A stretch of DNA of 64,000 nucleotides from Escherichia coli (GTDB lineage: Bacteria > Pseudomonadota > Gammaproteobacteria > Enterobacterales > Enterobacteriaceae), in the NCBI RefSeq assembly GCF_003334335.1, contig NZ_QOWQ01000028.1; one strand, 5' to 3'. Below, one piece after another: positions 1 to 9,246 of the stretch. The notes under the pieces were generated by a model, which was not told the origin of the DNA, searched no databases, and worked only from the letters and a program-made list of their open reading frames with translations. The first letter of the stretch is position 1. The number at the start of each line of letters is the position of its first letter. A program made the position numbers and the translations under genes.

Positions 1-210
1 CGTACCATTCAGAACTGGCAGGAACAGGGAATGCCCGTTCTGCGAGGCGGTGGCAAGGGTAATGAGGTGCTTTATGATTCTGCCGCCGTCATAAAATGGT
101 ATGCCGAAAGGGATGCTGAAATTGAGAACGAAAAGCTGCGCCGGGAAGTTGAAGAACTGCGGCAGGCCAGCGAGACAGATCTCCAGCCACCCGCGCTACG
201 GCATGGGTAA
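1..210 (+). pseudogene. nohA: Phage terminase small subunit (lambda Nu1-like) 3' fragment, truncated at both ends; stop at 208-210
   Basis: Frame-1 translation from base 1 reads RTIQNWQEQGMPVLRGGGKGNEVLYDSAAVIKWYAERDAEIENEKLRREVEELRQASE, matching lambda Nu1 as recalled, then diverges and stops; 5' end runs off the window. Confidence 0.75.
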
Positions 211-1468
211 ACGTCTTGGTGCGGCAGATGTGGATAAATGGGCGCTGTATGTCATCGGCCAGTGTTGCGACCAGTCGGTGCCGGACGGTTTTGGCGGCAC
301 GGAGCCGCGCATCACCTGTAATGCCTGGCTGACCACACAGCGTAAGGCGTGGGATGTTCTCAGTGATTTCTGCTCGGCGATGCGCTGTATGCCGGTATGG
401 AACGGGCAGACGCTGACGTTCGTGCAGGACCGACCATCAGATAAGGTGTGGACCTATAACCGCAGTAATGTGGTGATGCCGGATGATGGCGCGCCGTTCC
501 GCTACAGCTTCAGCGCCCTGAAGGACCGCCATAATGCCGTTGAGGTGAACTGGATTGACCCGGATAACGGCTGGGAGACGGCGACAGAGCTTGTGGAGGA
601 CACGCAGGCCATTGCCCGTTACGGTCGTAACGTCACGAAGATGGATGCCTTTGGCTGTACCAGGCGGGGGCAGGCGCACCGAGCCGGGCTGTGGCTGATT
701 AAAACGGAACTGCTGGAAACGCAGACCGTGGACTTCAGCGTGGGTGCCGAAGGGCTTCGCCATGTACCAGGTGATGTCATTGAAATCTGTGATGATGACT
801 ATGCGGGGATCAGCATCGGCGGGCGCGTGCTGGCGGTGAACAGCCAGACGCGGACACTGACGCTCGACCGTGAAATCACGCTGCCATCCTCCGGCACCAC
901 GCTGATAAGCCTGGTTGACGGGCAGGGTAATCCGGTGAGCGTGGAGGTCCAGTCCGTCACCGACGGCGTGAAGGTGAAAGTGAGCCGGGTTCCTGACGGC
1001 GTTGCCGAGTACAGCGTGTGGGGGCTGAAGCTGCCGACGCTGCGTCAGCGCCTGTTCCGCTGTGTGAGTATCCGTGAGAACGATGACGGTACGTATGCCA
1101 TCACTGCCGTGCAGCATGTACCGGAGAAAGAAGCCATCGTGGATAACGGGGCGCACTTTGACGGTGACCAGAGCGGCACGGTGAATGGTGTCACGCCGCC
1201 AGCAGTTCAGCACCTGACCGCAGAAGTCACCGCAGACAGCGGGGAATACCAGGTGCTGGCGCGCTGGGACACGCCGAAGGTGGTGAAGGGGGTGAGCTTT
1301 ATGCTTCGCCTGACCGTGGCAGCGGACGACGGCAGTGAGCGGTTGGTCAGCACGGCCCGGACGACGGAAACCACATATCGCTTCACGCAGCTGGCGCTGG
1401 GAAATTACAGGCTGACAGTCCGGGCGGTAAATGCATGGGGACAGCCGGTGCACATACCCATTCGATGA
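203..1468 (+). pseudogene. stfQ: Lambda J-like host-specificity (central tail fibre) protein internal fragment, no native N- or C-terminus
   Basis: ORF 101..1468: from residue ~35 (GKRLGAADVDKWALYVIGQ...) to ...RAVNAWGQ it follows the lambda J central region as recalled; J homology ends near 1444 and a stop follows 8 codons later; different frame from the upstream nohA remnant. Confidence 0.7.
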
Positions 1469-1743
1469 CATTTGTTTCAGGTGGTTCCAGTGGTGCTCCG
1501 GGAAGTGGATCACCTGATTATTCTAAATACAGTGTTAACACTTCTTCTGCAGGCGCTCATACGCACTCTGTATCGGGTACTGCTGCAAGCGCAGGTGCAC
1601 ACGCACATACTGTCGGTATTGGTGCTCATACGCACTCCGTTGCGATTGGTTCACATGGACATACCATCACCGTTAACGCTGCTGGTAACGCGGAAAACAC
1701 CGTCAAAAACATCGCATTTAACTATATTGTGAGGCTTGCATAA
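1435..1743 (+). CDS. Side tail-fibre C-terminal tip segment with repeated GAHTHS (HxH) motifs; out of frame with the upstream J-like fragment
   Basis: ORF 1435..1743 contains four G-A-H-[TA]-H-[ST] repeats typical of phage tail-fibre tips; its stop overlaps the tfaQ start (TAATG). Confidence 0.55.
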   Translation: MGTAGAHTHSMTFVSGGSSGAPGSGSPDYSKYSVNTSSAGAHTHSVSGTAASAGAHAHTVGIGAHTHSVAIGSHGHTITVNAAGNAENTVKNIAFNYIVRLA

Positions 1744-2318
1744 TGGCATTCAGAATGAGTGAACAACCACGGACCATAAAAATTTATAATCTGCTGGCCG
1801 GAACTAATGAATTTATTGGTGAAGGTGACGCATATATTCCGCCTCATACAGGTCTGCCAGCAAACAGTACCGATATTGCACCGCCAGATATTCCGGCAGG
1901 CTTCGTGGCTGTTTTCAACAGTGATGAGGCATCGTGGCATCTCGTTGAAGATCATCGGGGTAAAACGGTTTATGACGTGGCTTCCGGCGACGCGTTATTT
2001 ATTTCTGAACTCGGTCCGTTACCGGAAAATGTTACCTGGTTATCGCCGGGAGGGGAATATCAGAAGTGGAACGGCACAGCCTGGGTGAAGGATACGGAAG
2101 CAGAAAAACTGTTCCGGATCCGGGAGGCGGAAGAAACAAAAAACAGCCTGATGCAGATAGCCAGTGAGCATATAGCGCCGCTTCAGGATGCTGTGGATCT
2201 GGAGATCGCAACGGAGGAAGAAACCTTGTTGCTGGAAGCCTGGAAAAAGTATCGGGTGTTGCTGAACCGTGTTGATACATCAACTGCACCGGATATTGAA
2301 TGGCCAGCACTGCCGTAG
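1743..2318 (+). CDS. tfaQ: Prophage tail fibre assembly protein (Tfa family)
   Basis: 191 aa ORF recognised as Tfa-family; immediately follows the tail-fibre tip and is adjacent to an invertase. Confidence 0.85.
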   Translation: MAFRMSEQPRTIKIYNLLAGTNEFIGEGDAYIPPHTGLPANSTDIAPPDIPAGFVAVFNSDEASWHLVEDHRGKTVYDVASGDALFISELGPLPENVTWLSPGGEYQKWNGTAWVKDTEAEKLFRIREAEETKNSLMQIASEHIAPLQDAVDLEIATEEETLLLEAWKKYRVLLNRVDTSTAPDIEWPALP

Positions 2319-2415
2319 GGTAAAACATATAAATTCTATAATTAGATGTATCTCTCCATTTACGGCAAGGAAGGGGGCTTGGAAGACGTAAAGCATCTCA
2401 CACCGAGATTATTTT

Positions 2416-3006
2416 TTATATGTCAGGTGTCTGAAGTTTTGCTTTGGCTCTTAAAATGGTTTGCCGCGAGGTTTTGAATTCCCGGGCAATGGCACTTATA
2501 CTTACACCTGACTTAATTCGTTCGAATACCACCTGTTTCTGTTCTTCATTTAACACAGGTGGTCGACCAAAACGTTTCCCTGCGCCGCGGGCTCTTACTA
2601 TCCCGGAATGAGTGCGTTCAAGTAAAAGGTCTCGTTCAAATTCAGCGACTGCTGAAATTACGTGCATCATCATTTTTCCTGTTGGACTGGTCAGGTCAAT
2701 GCCCCGCAATGCTAAGCAATGCACTCTGATACCTGTTTCGGTCAGTTGTTCCACTGTTTTCCTGATATCCATTGCATTACAACCAAGGCGATCCAGTTTT
2801 GTCACAATCAATTGATCACCACATTTCAGGCGAGCAAGCAACCGGTTAAAACCAGGACGCTCACTGGTTGCTGCTGAGCCGCTAATGTGTTCTTCGATTA
2901 TTTGCTGAGGTTTGATTTTAAAACCTGCACTTTCGATTTCCCGGCGTTGATTTTCGGTGGTCTGATCCAGCGTTGATATCCGACAGTAAGCAAAAATTCG
3001 AGACAT
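2416..3006 (-). CDS. pinQ: Serine-recombinase DNA invertase (Pin/Gin/Hin family)
   Basis: 196 aa ORF with N-terminal resolvase catalytic motif (YCRISTLDQ) and C-terminal HTH; recognised as PinQ. Confidence 0.9.
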   Translation of the reverse strand: MSRIFAYCRISTLDQTTENQRREIESAGFKIKPQQIIEEHISGSAATSERPGFNRLLARLKCGDQLIVTKLDRLGCNAMDIRKTVEQLTETGIRVHCLALRGIDLTSPTGKMMMHVISAVAEFERDLLLERTHSGIVRARGAGKRFGRPPVLNEEQKQVVFERIKSGVSISAIAREFKTSRQTILRAKAKLQTPDI

Positions 3007-3322
3007 AGTGAGACTCTATACGAAATTGGTGTTCATATCATAATGCATCTCAGAAAATAATTTTGATTATTTTTGTGCATATTTGTATGTACACGTTCGA
3101 AAATAAACGAATGCGTATGCAACCCCGTAACTTTGGTGAGACCCAAAATCGATTTTGTGAAAAATGGCTTTAACTCGGTTTGTTTTTCGAGTTCCGGGCG
3201 GACTCAAGGAAGAAGAATAGTGTTGCGTGTTATTTTAACCAGATTTCAAGTTGTTTGGTCGTGGAAAAGTGGAGCAAAATGTTGTTAAAGTGGAAAAATG
3301 ATAAAAAAGTAAGTTTATTATA

Positions 3323-3556
3323 TTACATTTTACCATTTAAATTTTGGTTGTCTTTAAGAACTGATATCGCTGTTTGTAATAATTCTTTGTTATCCAGCCA
3401 TGATTTTTTCTTTATGTTTCCTTCAATGTAATCAAGCAATGTTCTGGTATTGATAGGTCTTCCCTGTTTTGCTACTTCCACTACAGCATCCCCTAGGATA
3501 ATTCTGACTTCAGGAAGCTGCGCAGGGAACCACTTTAGGGTGTCTTTTGATTTCAT
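3323..3556 (-). CDS. ydfK: Small prophage-encoded protein YdfK (77 aa)
   Basis: ORF 3323..3589; start placed at the internal Met (MKSKDTLKWF...) preceded by AAGGAA RBS; matches YdfK/YnaE as recalled. Confidence 0.75.
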   Translation of the reverse strand: MKSKDTLKWFPAQLPEVRIILGDAVVEVAKQGRPINTRTLLDYIEGNIKKKSWLDNKELLQTAISVLKDNQNLNGKM

Positions 3557-4341
3557 GAATATATTCCTTAAAATATTATTGATTTTCATTGCGATATTGT
3601 ATGTCTGATTCAGGATATGTTGACTTATACATCGGTTTTGTCTGGGTTATTGGATATGCCAATCCCTAATTTTATTAGAGCATGACTAAAAATGCTGAAT
3701 ATGATAAGGAGCGAAGTGATTATCAGTATGCTGTTCATATAGCCTCGAATTAATAATGTGTTATATATGATATAGTTGACAATTTTTATCCTGGGTGTTC
3801 TTAAAGTTCGTAGATAAACATTGTCGTTTCAGGTATACAGGAATGCTAACAGATGGCGGCAAAAATCAGGCGGTTTATGGCGCAAGCTGAAGTGGCAACT
3901 GCAAACTATCTTATGCAGAGACTCTACACGGATTGGGTTTAAAAGTATACATAGATAACAGTTTTTATCTGAAGAAGAAAAATATCAAGGTGATATAGCC
4001 TATATGCCTTTGATGTGGAGGAATGAATGTGATGGGAGTGATGTATCTGAATAGTTGAAAAACCGCAGACACGCCTTATGCAAGAACGTGCTGCGGTTGG
4101 CTGGTAAATTTTTCGATAGTGCGAGTATTGAATGATTTCCAGCCGTTATTGATTTTACGCGTAACTCCATGAAAAAACTACTTATCTGTTGAGGAGTTTT
4201 TTTGGGGCATATATGGGACAGAAATGGGCCCCAGATAGACACTGAGATCGAACTTAGGATGCTTTTTAAAAAATGCAACTATCTGAAAAAACCTAGAAAA
4301 CGCCAAGGAAACCACAGGATGGGAAAAAACACCTGTGAATT

Positions 4342-5625
4342 ATGGATTTCCAGTTATATTCGCTCGGCGCAGCGTTAGTGTTTCATGAAATATTTTTTCC
4401 TGAATCATCAACGGCAATGGCGTTAATTCTGGCAATGGGAACCTACGGTGCAGGTTATGTGGCGCGTATTGTCGGAGCATTTATTTTCGGCAAAATGGGC
4501 GACAGAATAGGGCGTAAAAAAGTGCTCTTTATTACCATCACCATGATGGGGATCTGTACCACCTTAATTGGTGTGTTACCGACCTATGCACAGATTGGTG
4601 TTTTTGCACCCATCTTGCTGGTGACGTTGCGTATTATTCAGGGGTTGGGTGCAGGTGCGGAAATTTCCGGTGCCGGTACGATGCTGGCGGAATATGCGCC
4701 AAAAGGTAAGCGCGGAATTATCTCCTCATTTGTGGCTATGGGAACTAACTGCGGAACCTTGAGCGCAACGGCAATCTGGGCCTTTATGTTCTTCATTCTC
4801 AGTAAAGAGGAACTGCTGGCGTGGGGATGGCGTATACCGTTCCTGGCGAGTGTTGTCGTGATGGTCTTTGCTATCTGGTTGCGTATGAATCTGAAAGAAA
4901 GCCCGGTCTTTGAGAAGGTTAACGACAGTAACCAACCGACAGCAAAACCTGCACCTGCTGGTAGCATGTTCCAGAGCAAATCCTTCTGGCTGGCAACAGG
5001 GCTGCGTTTTGGTCAGGCGGGTAACTCCGGGTTAATTCAGACTTTCCTTGCAGGCTATTTAGTGCAGACGTTATTGTTTAACAAAGCAATTCCAACAGAT
5101 GCATTGATGATCAGTTCGATTCTCGGCTTTATGACCATTCCGTTCCTTGGTTGGTTATCCGATAAAATTGGTCGCCGGATCCCGTATATTATTATGAATA
5201 CCTCCGCGATTGTGCTGGCATGGCCAATGCTTTCTATCATTGTAGATAAAAGCTATGCCCCGAGCACCATTATGGTTGCACTGATTGTGATTCATAACTG
5301 TGCGGTGCTGGGATTATTTGCTCTGGAAAACATTACCATGGCAGAAATGTTCGGCTGTAAAAACCGCTTTACCCGGATGGCTATTTCTAAAGAAATTGGT
5401 GGTCTTATCGCTTCCGGTTTTGGTCCTATCCTGGCGGGTATTTTCTGCACCATGACGGAATCCTGGTATCCGATCGCCATTATGATCATGGCATATTCAG
5501 TGATTGGTTTAATCTCTGCGCTGAAAATGCCAGAGGTGAAAGACCGTGATTTAAGTGCGCTGGAAGACGCTGCGGAAGATCAACCGCGTGTTGTAAGAGC
5601 TGCGCAACCTTCCAGAAGTCTGTAA
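4342..5625 (+). CDS. ydfJ: MFS-family transporter, probably 5'-truncated at the prophage boundary
   Basis: 427 aa multi-TM ORF with MFS loop motif GKMGDRIGRKK only ~55 residues from the N-terminus, suggesting a missing first helix; followed by an intrinsic terminator. Confidence 0.8.
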   Translation: MDFQLYSLGAALVFHEIFFPESSTAMALILAMGTYGAGYVARIVGAFIFGKMGDRIGRKKVLFITITMMGICTTLIGVLPTYAQIGVFAPILLVTLRIIQGLGAGAEISGAGTMLAEYAPKGKRGIISSFVAMGTNCGTLSATAIWAFMFFILSKEELLAWGWRIPFLASVVVMVFAIWLRMNLKESPVFEKVNDSNQPTAKPAPAGSMFQSKSFWLATGLRFGQAGNSGLIQTFLAGYLVQTLLFNKAIPTDALMISSILGFMTIPFLGWLSDKIGRRIPYIIMNTSAIVLAWPMLSIIVDKSYAPSTIMVALIVIHNCAVLGLFALENITMAEMFGCKNRFTRMAISKEIGGLIASGFGPILAGIFCTMTESWYPIAIMIMAYSVIGLISALKMPEVKDRDLSALEDAAEDQPRVVRAAQPSRSL

Positions 5626-5633
5626 ACCCTTAA

Positions 5634-5663
5634 TCCCTTCTCTTACCGGAGAGGGGATTTTTA
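5634..5663 (+). terminator. Rho-independent terminator after ydfJ
   Basis: 9-bp stem TCCCTTCTC/GAGAGGGGA with one G-U pair, then TTTTT. Confidence 0.6.
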
Positions 5664-5713
5664 TTCATATAACAAAACATATAGCTTGCCATATTTATAT
5701 TTAAGGAATTGTT

Positions 5714-7174
5714 ATGGGAAATAATTTGTTATCAGCAAAAGCGACACTCCCTGTTTATGATCGTAATAACCTGGCTCCAAGAATTGTTCATTTAGGCTTT
5801 GGTGCATTTCACCGTGCGCATCAGGGTGTGTATGCCGATATTCTTGCTACGGAACATTTCAGTGACTGGGGATATTATGAGGTCAACTTAATCGGCGGCG
5901 AACAGCAAATTGCCGATTTACAACAGCAAGATAATCTTTATACCGTTGCGGAAATGTCGGCCGATGTGTGGACGGCTCGCGTCGTTGGCGTCGTTAAAAA
6001 AGCCTTGCACGTACAGATAGATGGCTTAGAAACCGTGTTGGCAGCGATGTGTGAACCGCAAATCGCGATTGTCTCTCTGACAATCACCGAAAAAGGGTAT
6101 TTCCACTCTCCGGCGACCGGACAGTTAATGCTCGATCACCCGATGGTAGCTGCCGACGTGCAAAATCCCCACCAGCCGAAAACAGCAACAGGGGTGATTG
6201 TTGAGGCGCTGGCTCGCCGTAAAGCGGCAGGACTTCCCGCATTTACCGTCATGTCATGTGACAACATGCCAGAAAACGGTCATGTTATGCGTGACGTTGT
6301 CACTTCCTACGCACAAGCCGTTGATGTAAAACTGGCACAATGGATCGAAGATAACGTGACTTTCCCATCAACAATGGTGGACCGTATTGTGCCCGCAGTG
6401 ACAGAGGATACGCTGGCGAAAATCGAACAACTTACCGGTGTGCGCGATCCTGCGGGCGTTGCCTGTGAACCTTTCCGCCAGTGGGTAATAGAAGATAACT
6501 TTGTTGCCGGACGTCCGGAATGGGAAAAAGCGGGAGCCGAACTGGTTAGCGATGTGCTGCCTTATGAAGAGATGAAGTTGCGCATGCTCAACGGCAGTCA
6601 TTCATTCCTGGCGTATCTGGGGTATCTTGCAGGATATCAGCACATTAATGACTGTATGGAAGATGAACATTATCGTTATGCGGCGTATGGCTTGATGTTG
6701 CAGGAACAAGCGCCGACGTTGAAAGTGCAGGGCGTTGATTTGCAAGATTACGCTAACCGATTAATTGCACGCTATAGCAACCCGGCGTTACGTCATCGAA
6801 CCTGGCAGATTGCGATGGATGGTAGCCAGAAATTGCCACAGCGGATGTTGGATTCTGTTCGCTGGCATCTGGCGCATGACAGCAAGTTCGATCTGCTGGC
6901 GCTGGGCGTCGCGGGTTGGATGCGTTATGTCGGTGGTGTTGATGAACAGGGAAATCCGATAGAAATCAGTGACCCACTGTTACCTGTTATTCAGAAGGCT
7001 GTACAAAGTAGTGCCGAAGGGAAAGCGCGCGTCCAGTCATTGCTGGCGATTAAGGCGATCTTTGGTGATGATTTGCCAGACAATAGTTTGTTTACTGCAA
7101 GAGTGACGGAAACGTACTTGTCTTTATTAGCGCATGGCGCGAAAGCGACCGTGGCAAAATATTCCGTGAAGTAA
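5714..7174 (+). CDS. ydfI: Mannitol dehydrogenase family oxidoreductase (mannonate/altronate oxidoreductase-like)
   Basis: 486 aa ORF; N-terminal Rossmann-type motif ([13 protein letters not shown]); recognised as YdfI. Confidence 0.85.
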   Translation: MGNNLLSAKATLPVYDRNNLAPRIVHLGFGAFHRAHQGVYADILATEHFSDWGYYEVNLIGGEQQIADLQQQDNLYTVAEMSADVWTARVVGVVKKALHVQIDGLETVLAAMCEPQIAIVSLTITEKGYFHSPATGQLMLDHPMVAADVQNPHQPKTATGVIVEALARRKAAGLPAFTVMSCDNMPENGHVMRDVVTSYAQAVDVKLAQWIEDNVTFPSTMVDRIVPAVTEDTLAKIEQLTGVRDPAGVACEPFRQWVIEDNFVAGRPEWEKAGAELVSDVLPYEEMKLRMLNGSHSFLAYLGYLAGYQHINDCMEDEHYRYAAYGLMLQEQAPTLKVQGVDLQDYANRLIARYSNPALRHRTWQIAMDGSQKLPQRMLDSVRWHLAHDSKFDLLALGVAGWMRYVGGVDEQGNPIEISDPLLPVIQKAVQSSAEGKARVQSLLAIKAIFGDDLPDNSLFTARVTETYLSLLAHGAKATVAKYSVK

Positions 7175-7201
7175 AAAAGCAATGCCGCCATCGGCGGCAT
7201 T
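7172..7201 (-). terminator. Hairpin terminator serving ydfZ (minus strand), shared with the ydfI 3' end
   Basis: Stem AATGCCGCC/GGCGGCATT with loop ATCG; T-run on the minus strand. Confidence 0.55.
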
Positions 7202-7208
7202 CACACGC

Positions 7209-7412
7209 TTAGTTCATGCCGAGACGAATCAGGTCCAGTGGTGCCAGTTTCTCTTCACAACCTTCAACAACTACGGTTTTTCCGCGGCGGATTTGCTCAG
7301 CGGTCAGACCTTCAGTATCAATCGACAGGATCTTGCCAGTGTGACCGGTGCCGCTAACCATAACACGGCTGCCAGTGGTGATTGCGTTACGGTTACGATC
7401 GTAGGTCGTCAT
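7209..7412 (-). CDS. ydfZ: Small protein YdfZ (67 aa)
   Basis: 67 aa ORF matching YdfZ as recalled. Confidence 0.8.
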
Positions 7413-7588
7413 AGGTGTTTTCTCCTTTCTGATTTACAGTCGAAGCCCACGTAACGGGCGCAATATAAATACTCCTGTCGAGTGAAATATTTTTTGTTTT
7501 TGATCAAGCTCACATCTTTTTTGATGCATGCATGAGCCATAAGGCGGGGGAAAAGACTCTCACCCCGGATGGGATGAGAGGAAATGAA

Positions 7589-8275
7589 TTACTCTTCGCT
7601 AAACCAGTCGCTGTTTTCCTGGCGGATCTGGCGCACGGATTCGCTGATTTCCTGCAAATGTTGCGTCATTGCACGTTCTACCGCATCGCCATCACGTTTT
7701 TGCAGGGCAGAGAAAATATCAAGATGCTGGCGTAACAGCATTTCTGGTGGAGAAACGTGGTCGAAACTCATATAGCGCACGCGATCAACGGTCGCTTTCA
7801 GGTTCTCAATGGTATCCCACGCCAGTTGACAGTCGGCAATCTGCGTCAGGAGTTGATGGAAGTTGTCATCAAGTTCAAAAAAATCATCCAGTTGCTTGCG
7901 CTCAATGGCAATGCGTTGCTGGTGAAGATTTTGTTCCAGTTGATAGCACTGGCTTTCGGTAATCATGCTCGCCGCCCGACGCGCCACCGCGCACTCAATG
8001 GCCTGACGGATAAAACTGCCGTTGCGCACCTGGGCCATGGAAATTTTGTTGACGTAGCTGCCACGTTGCGGACGAATTTGAATCAGGCCGTTTTCCGCCA
8101 GTTTAATAAAGGCTTCACGAACCGGCTGGCGTGACACATTGAAACGAACAGAAACTTCTTTTTCCGACAACGGTGTGCCTGGAGCAATCAGGCAATGGAC
8201 AATGTCGCGACGAAGAATACGATAAATCTGCTGATTGACAGGCTGTGTGGGATTAAGTTGCGTTTCGACGGTCAT
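7589..8275 (-). CDS. ydfH: GntR/FadR-family transcriptional regulator
   Basis: 228 aa ORF with N-terminal winged HTH and FadR-type C-terminal domain; recognised as YdfH (RspR). Confidence 0.85.
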
Positions 8276-8363
8276 TCGTTCTTGCTTGTGAGTGAGTTAA
8301 CTGCATGAGTCTACCACTTTTTTGTGACAAGCAATAACCCGGCAGTTACGCCGGGTATAAAAA

Positions 8364-9110
8364 TTACTGACGGTGGACATTCAGTCCGGCATAGCTTTGG
8401 GTAACCGGCATCATTTCCAGGGTATTGATATTGACGTGAGCAGGCAGCGTTGACACCCACCAGACGGCTTCGCTGACATCTTCTGGCGTCAATGCAACGG
8501 TATTTTGATAGGTTTTTTCTGCTTTACCGTCATCGCCTTTAAAGCGGACATTGGAAAACTCGGTACCACCCACCAGACCCGGTTCGATGTCGGTGACGCG
8601 CACCGCCGTACCATGCAGATCCGTACGCAGATTCAGGCTAAACTGACGAACAAACGCTTTCGTCGCACCGTAAACGTTACCACCGGCATACGGCCAGCTA
8701 CCTGCCGTTGAGCCAATGTTAATAATATGACCATGATTACGTTCAACCATACCCGGTAAGACGGCGCGCGTCATATATACCAGGCCTTTGTTGTTGGTAT
8801 CAATCATCGTTTCCCAGTCTTCAACGCTGGCTTTATGCGCAGGCTCCATGCCCAACGCCAGGCCGGCATTATTTACCAGGATATCAATATTGCACCACTC
8901 GGCAGGAAGCGATGCCAGCATCTCTTCAATAGCGGCGCGGTTGCGAACGTCCAGTTGGGCGATATACAGATTATCTCCCAGTTCGTCTTTTAACTCCTGC
9001 AACCGTTCCTGGCGACGGCCAGTGGCGATAACTTTATGCCCTTGTTGAATAAAACGACGAGTAATGCATTCACCAAAACCTGCCGTTGCTCCAGTTACTA
9101 AAACGATCAT
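8364..9110 (-). CDS. ydfG: NADP-dependent 3-hydroxy acid dehydrogenase (short-chain dehydrogenase/reductase)
   Basis: SDR motifs TGATAGFG and YxxxK; start placed at MIVLVTG with AGGA RBS, giving 248 aa. Confidence 0.85.
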   Translation of the reverse strand: MIVLVTGATAGFGECITRRFIQQGHKVIATGRRQERLQELKDELGDNLYIAQLDVRNRAAIEEMLASLPAEWCNIDILVNNAGLALGMEPAHKASVEDWETMIDTNNKGLVYMTRAVLPGMVERNHGHIINIGSTAGSWPYAGGNVYGATKAFVRQFSLNLRTDLHGTAVRVTDIEPGLVGGTEFSNVRFKGDDGKAEKTYQNTVALTPEDVSEAVWWVSTLPAHVNINTLEMMPVTQSYAGLNVHRQ

Positions 9111-9246
9111 CTCACTGTTCCTCAACGCTTTTGTGTGTCAATAACATAGCACGGGATGCTTAAGAGCGGGTAATACTGGATTGCAAGATTGCACTCCGTT
9201 ATCAGTAAGCCTACGCTATGGAACACCTCGCGTTCAGGAGAAGAAA

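Noticed and set aside
101-202. N-terminal 34 codons of the 455-aa ORF (MPKGMLKLRTKSC...)
   Set aside because: This stretch is the Nu1-like region read in the wrong frame; J-like homology only begins near 203, so it is not a genuine N-terminus.
437-1513. 358-aa ORF on the minus strand antisense to the J-like fragment
   Set aside because: Lies entirely inside a recognisable coding region on the other strand; amino-acid composition (Arg/His/Pro-rich) is typical of a shadow ORF in GC-rich coding DNA. The same applies to most other antisense or overlapping ORFs in the track (for example 9666..10031, 26127..26675, 39489..39755, 43199..43900, 54872..55492).
2455-2480. Sequence CGAGGTTTTGAA resembling half of a Gin/Hin-type crossover site
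   Set aside because: Only one half-site matches, it lies inside the pinQ coding region, and I found no inverted partner in the tail-fibre region, so it cannot be called a functional recombination site from sequence alone.
4000-4278. 92-aa ORF on the minus strand in the prophage-host junction
   Set aside because: No RBS, no recognisable domain, AT-rich low-complexity context; more likely a chance ORF in junction DNA.
9181-9246. Upstream extensions of track ORFs (dcp; likewise ydfG, dgcZ, eamA, sad, yneE, marA, hipB, hipA, ydeN, ydeM, ydfK)
   Set aside because: Internal Met codons with better RBS spacing and the known protein lengths indicate later starts; the track reports the longest possible ORF.
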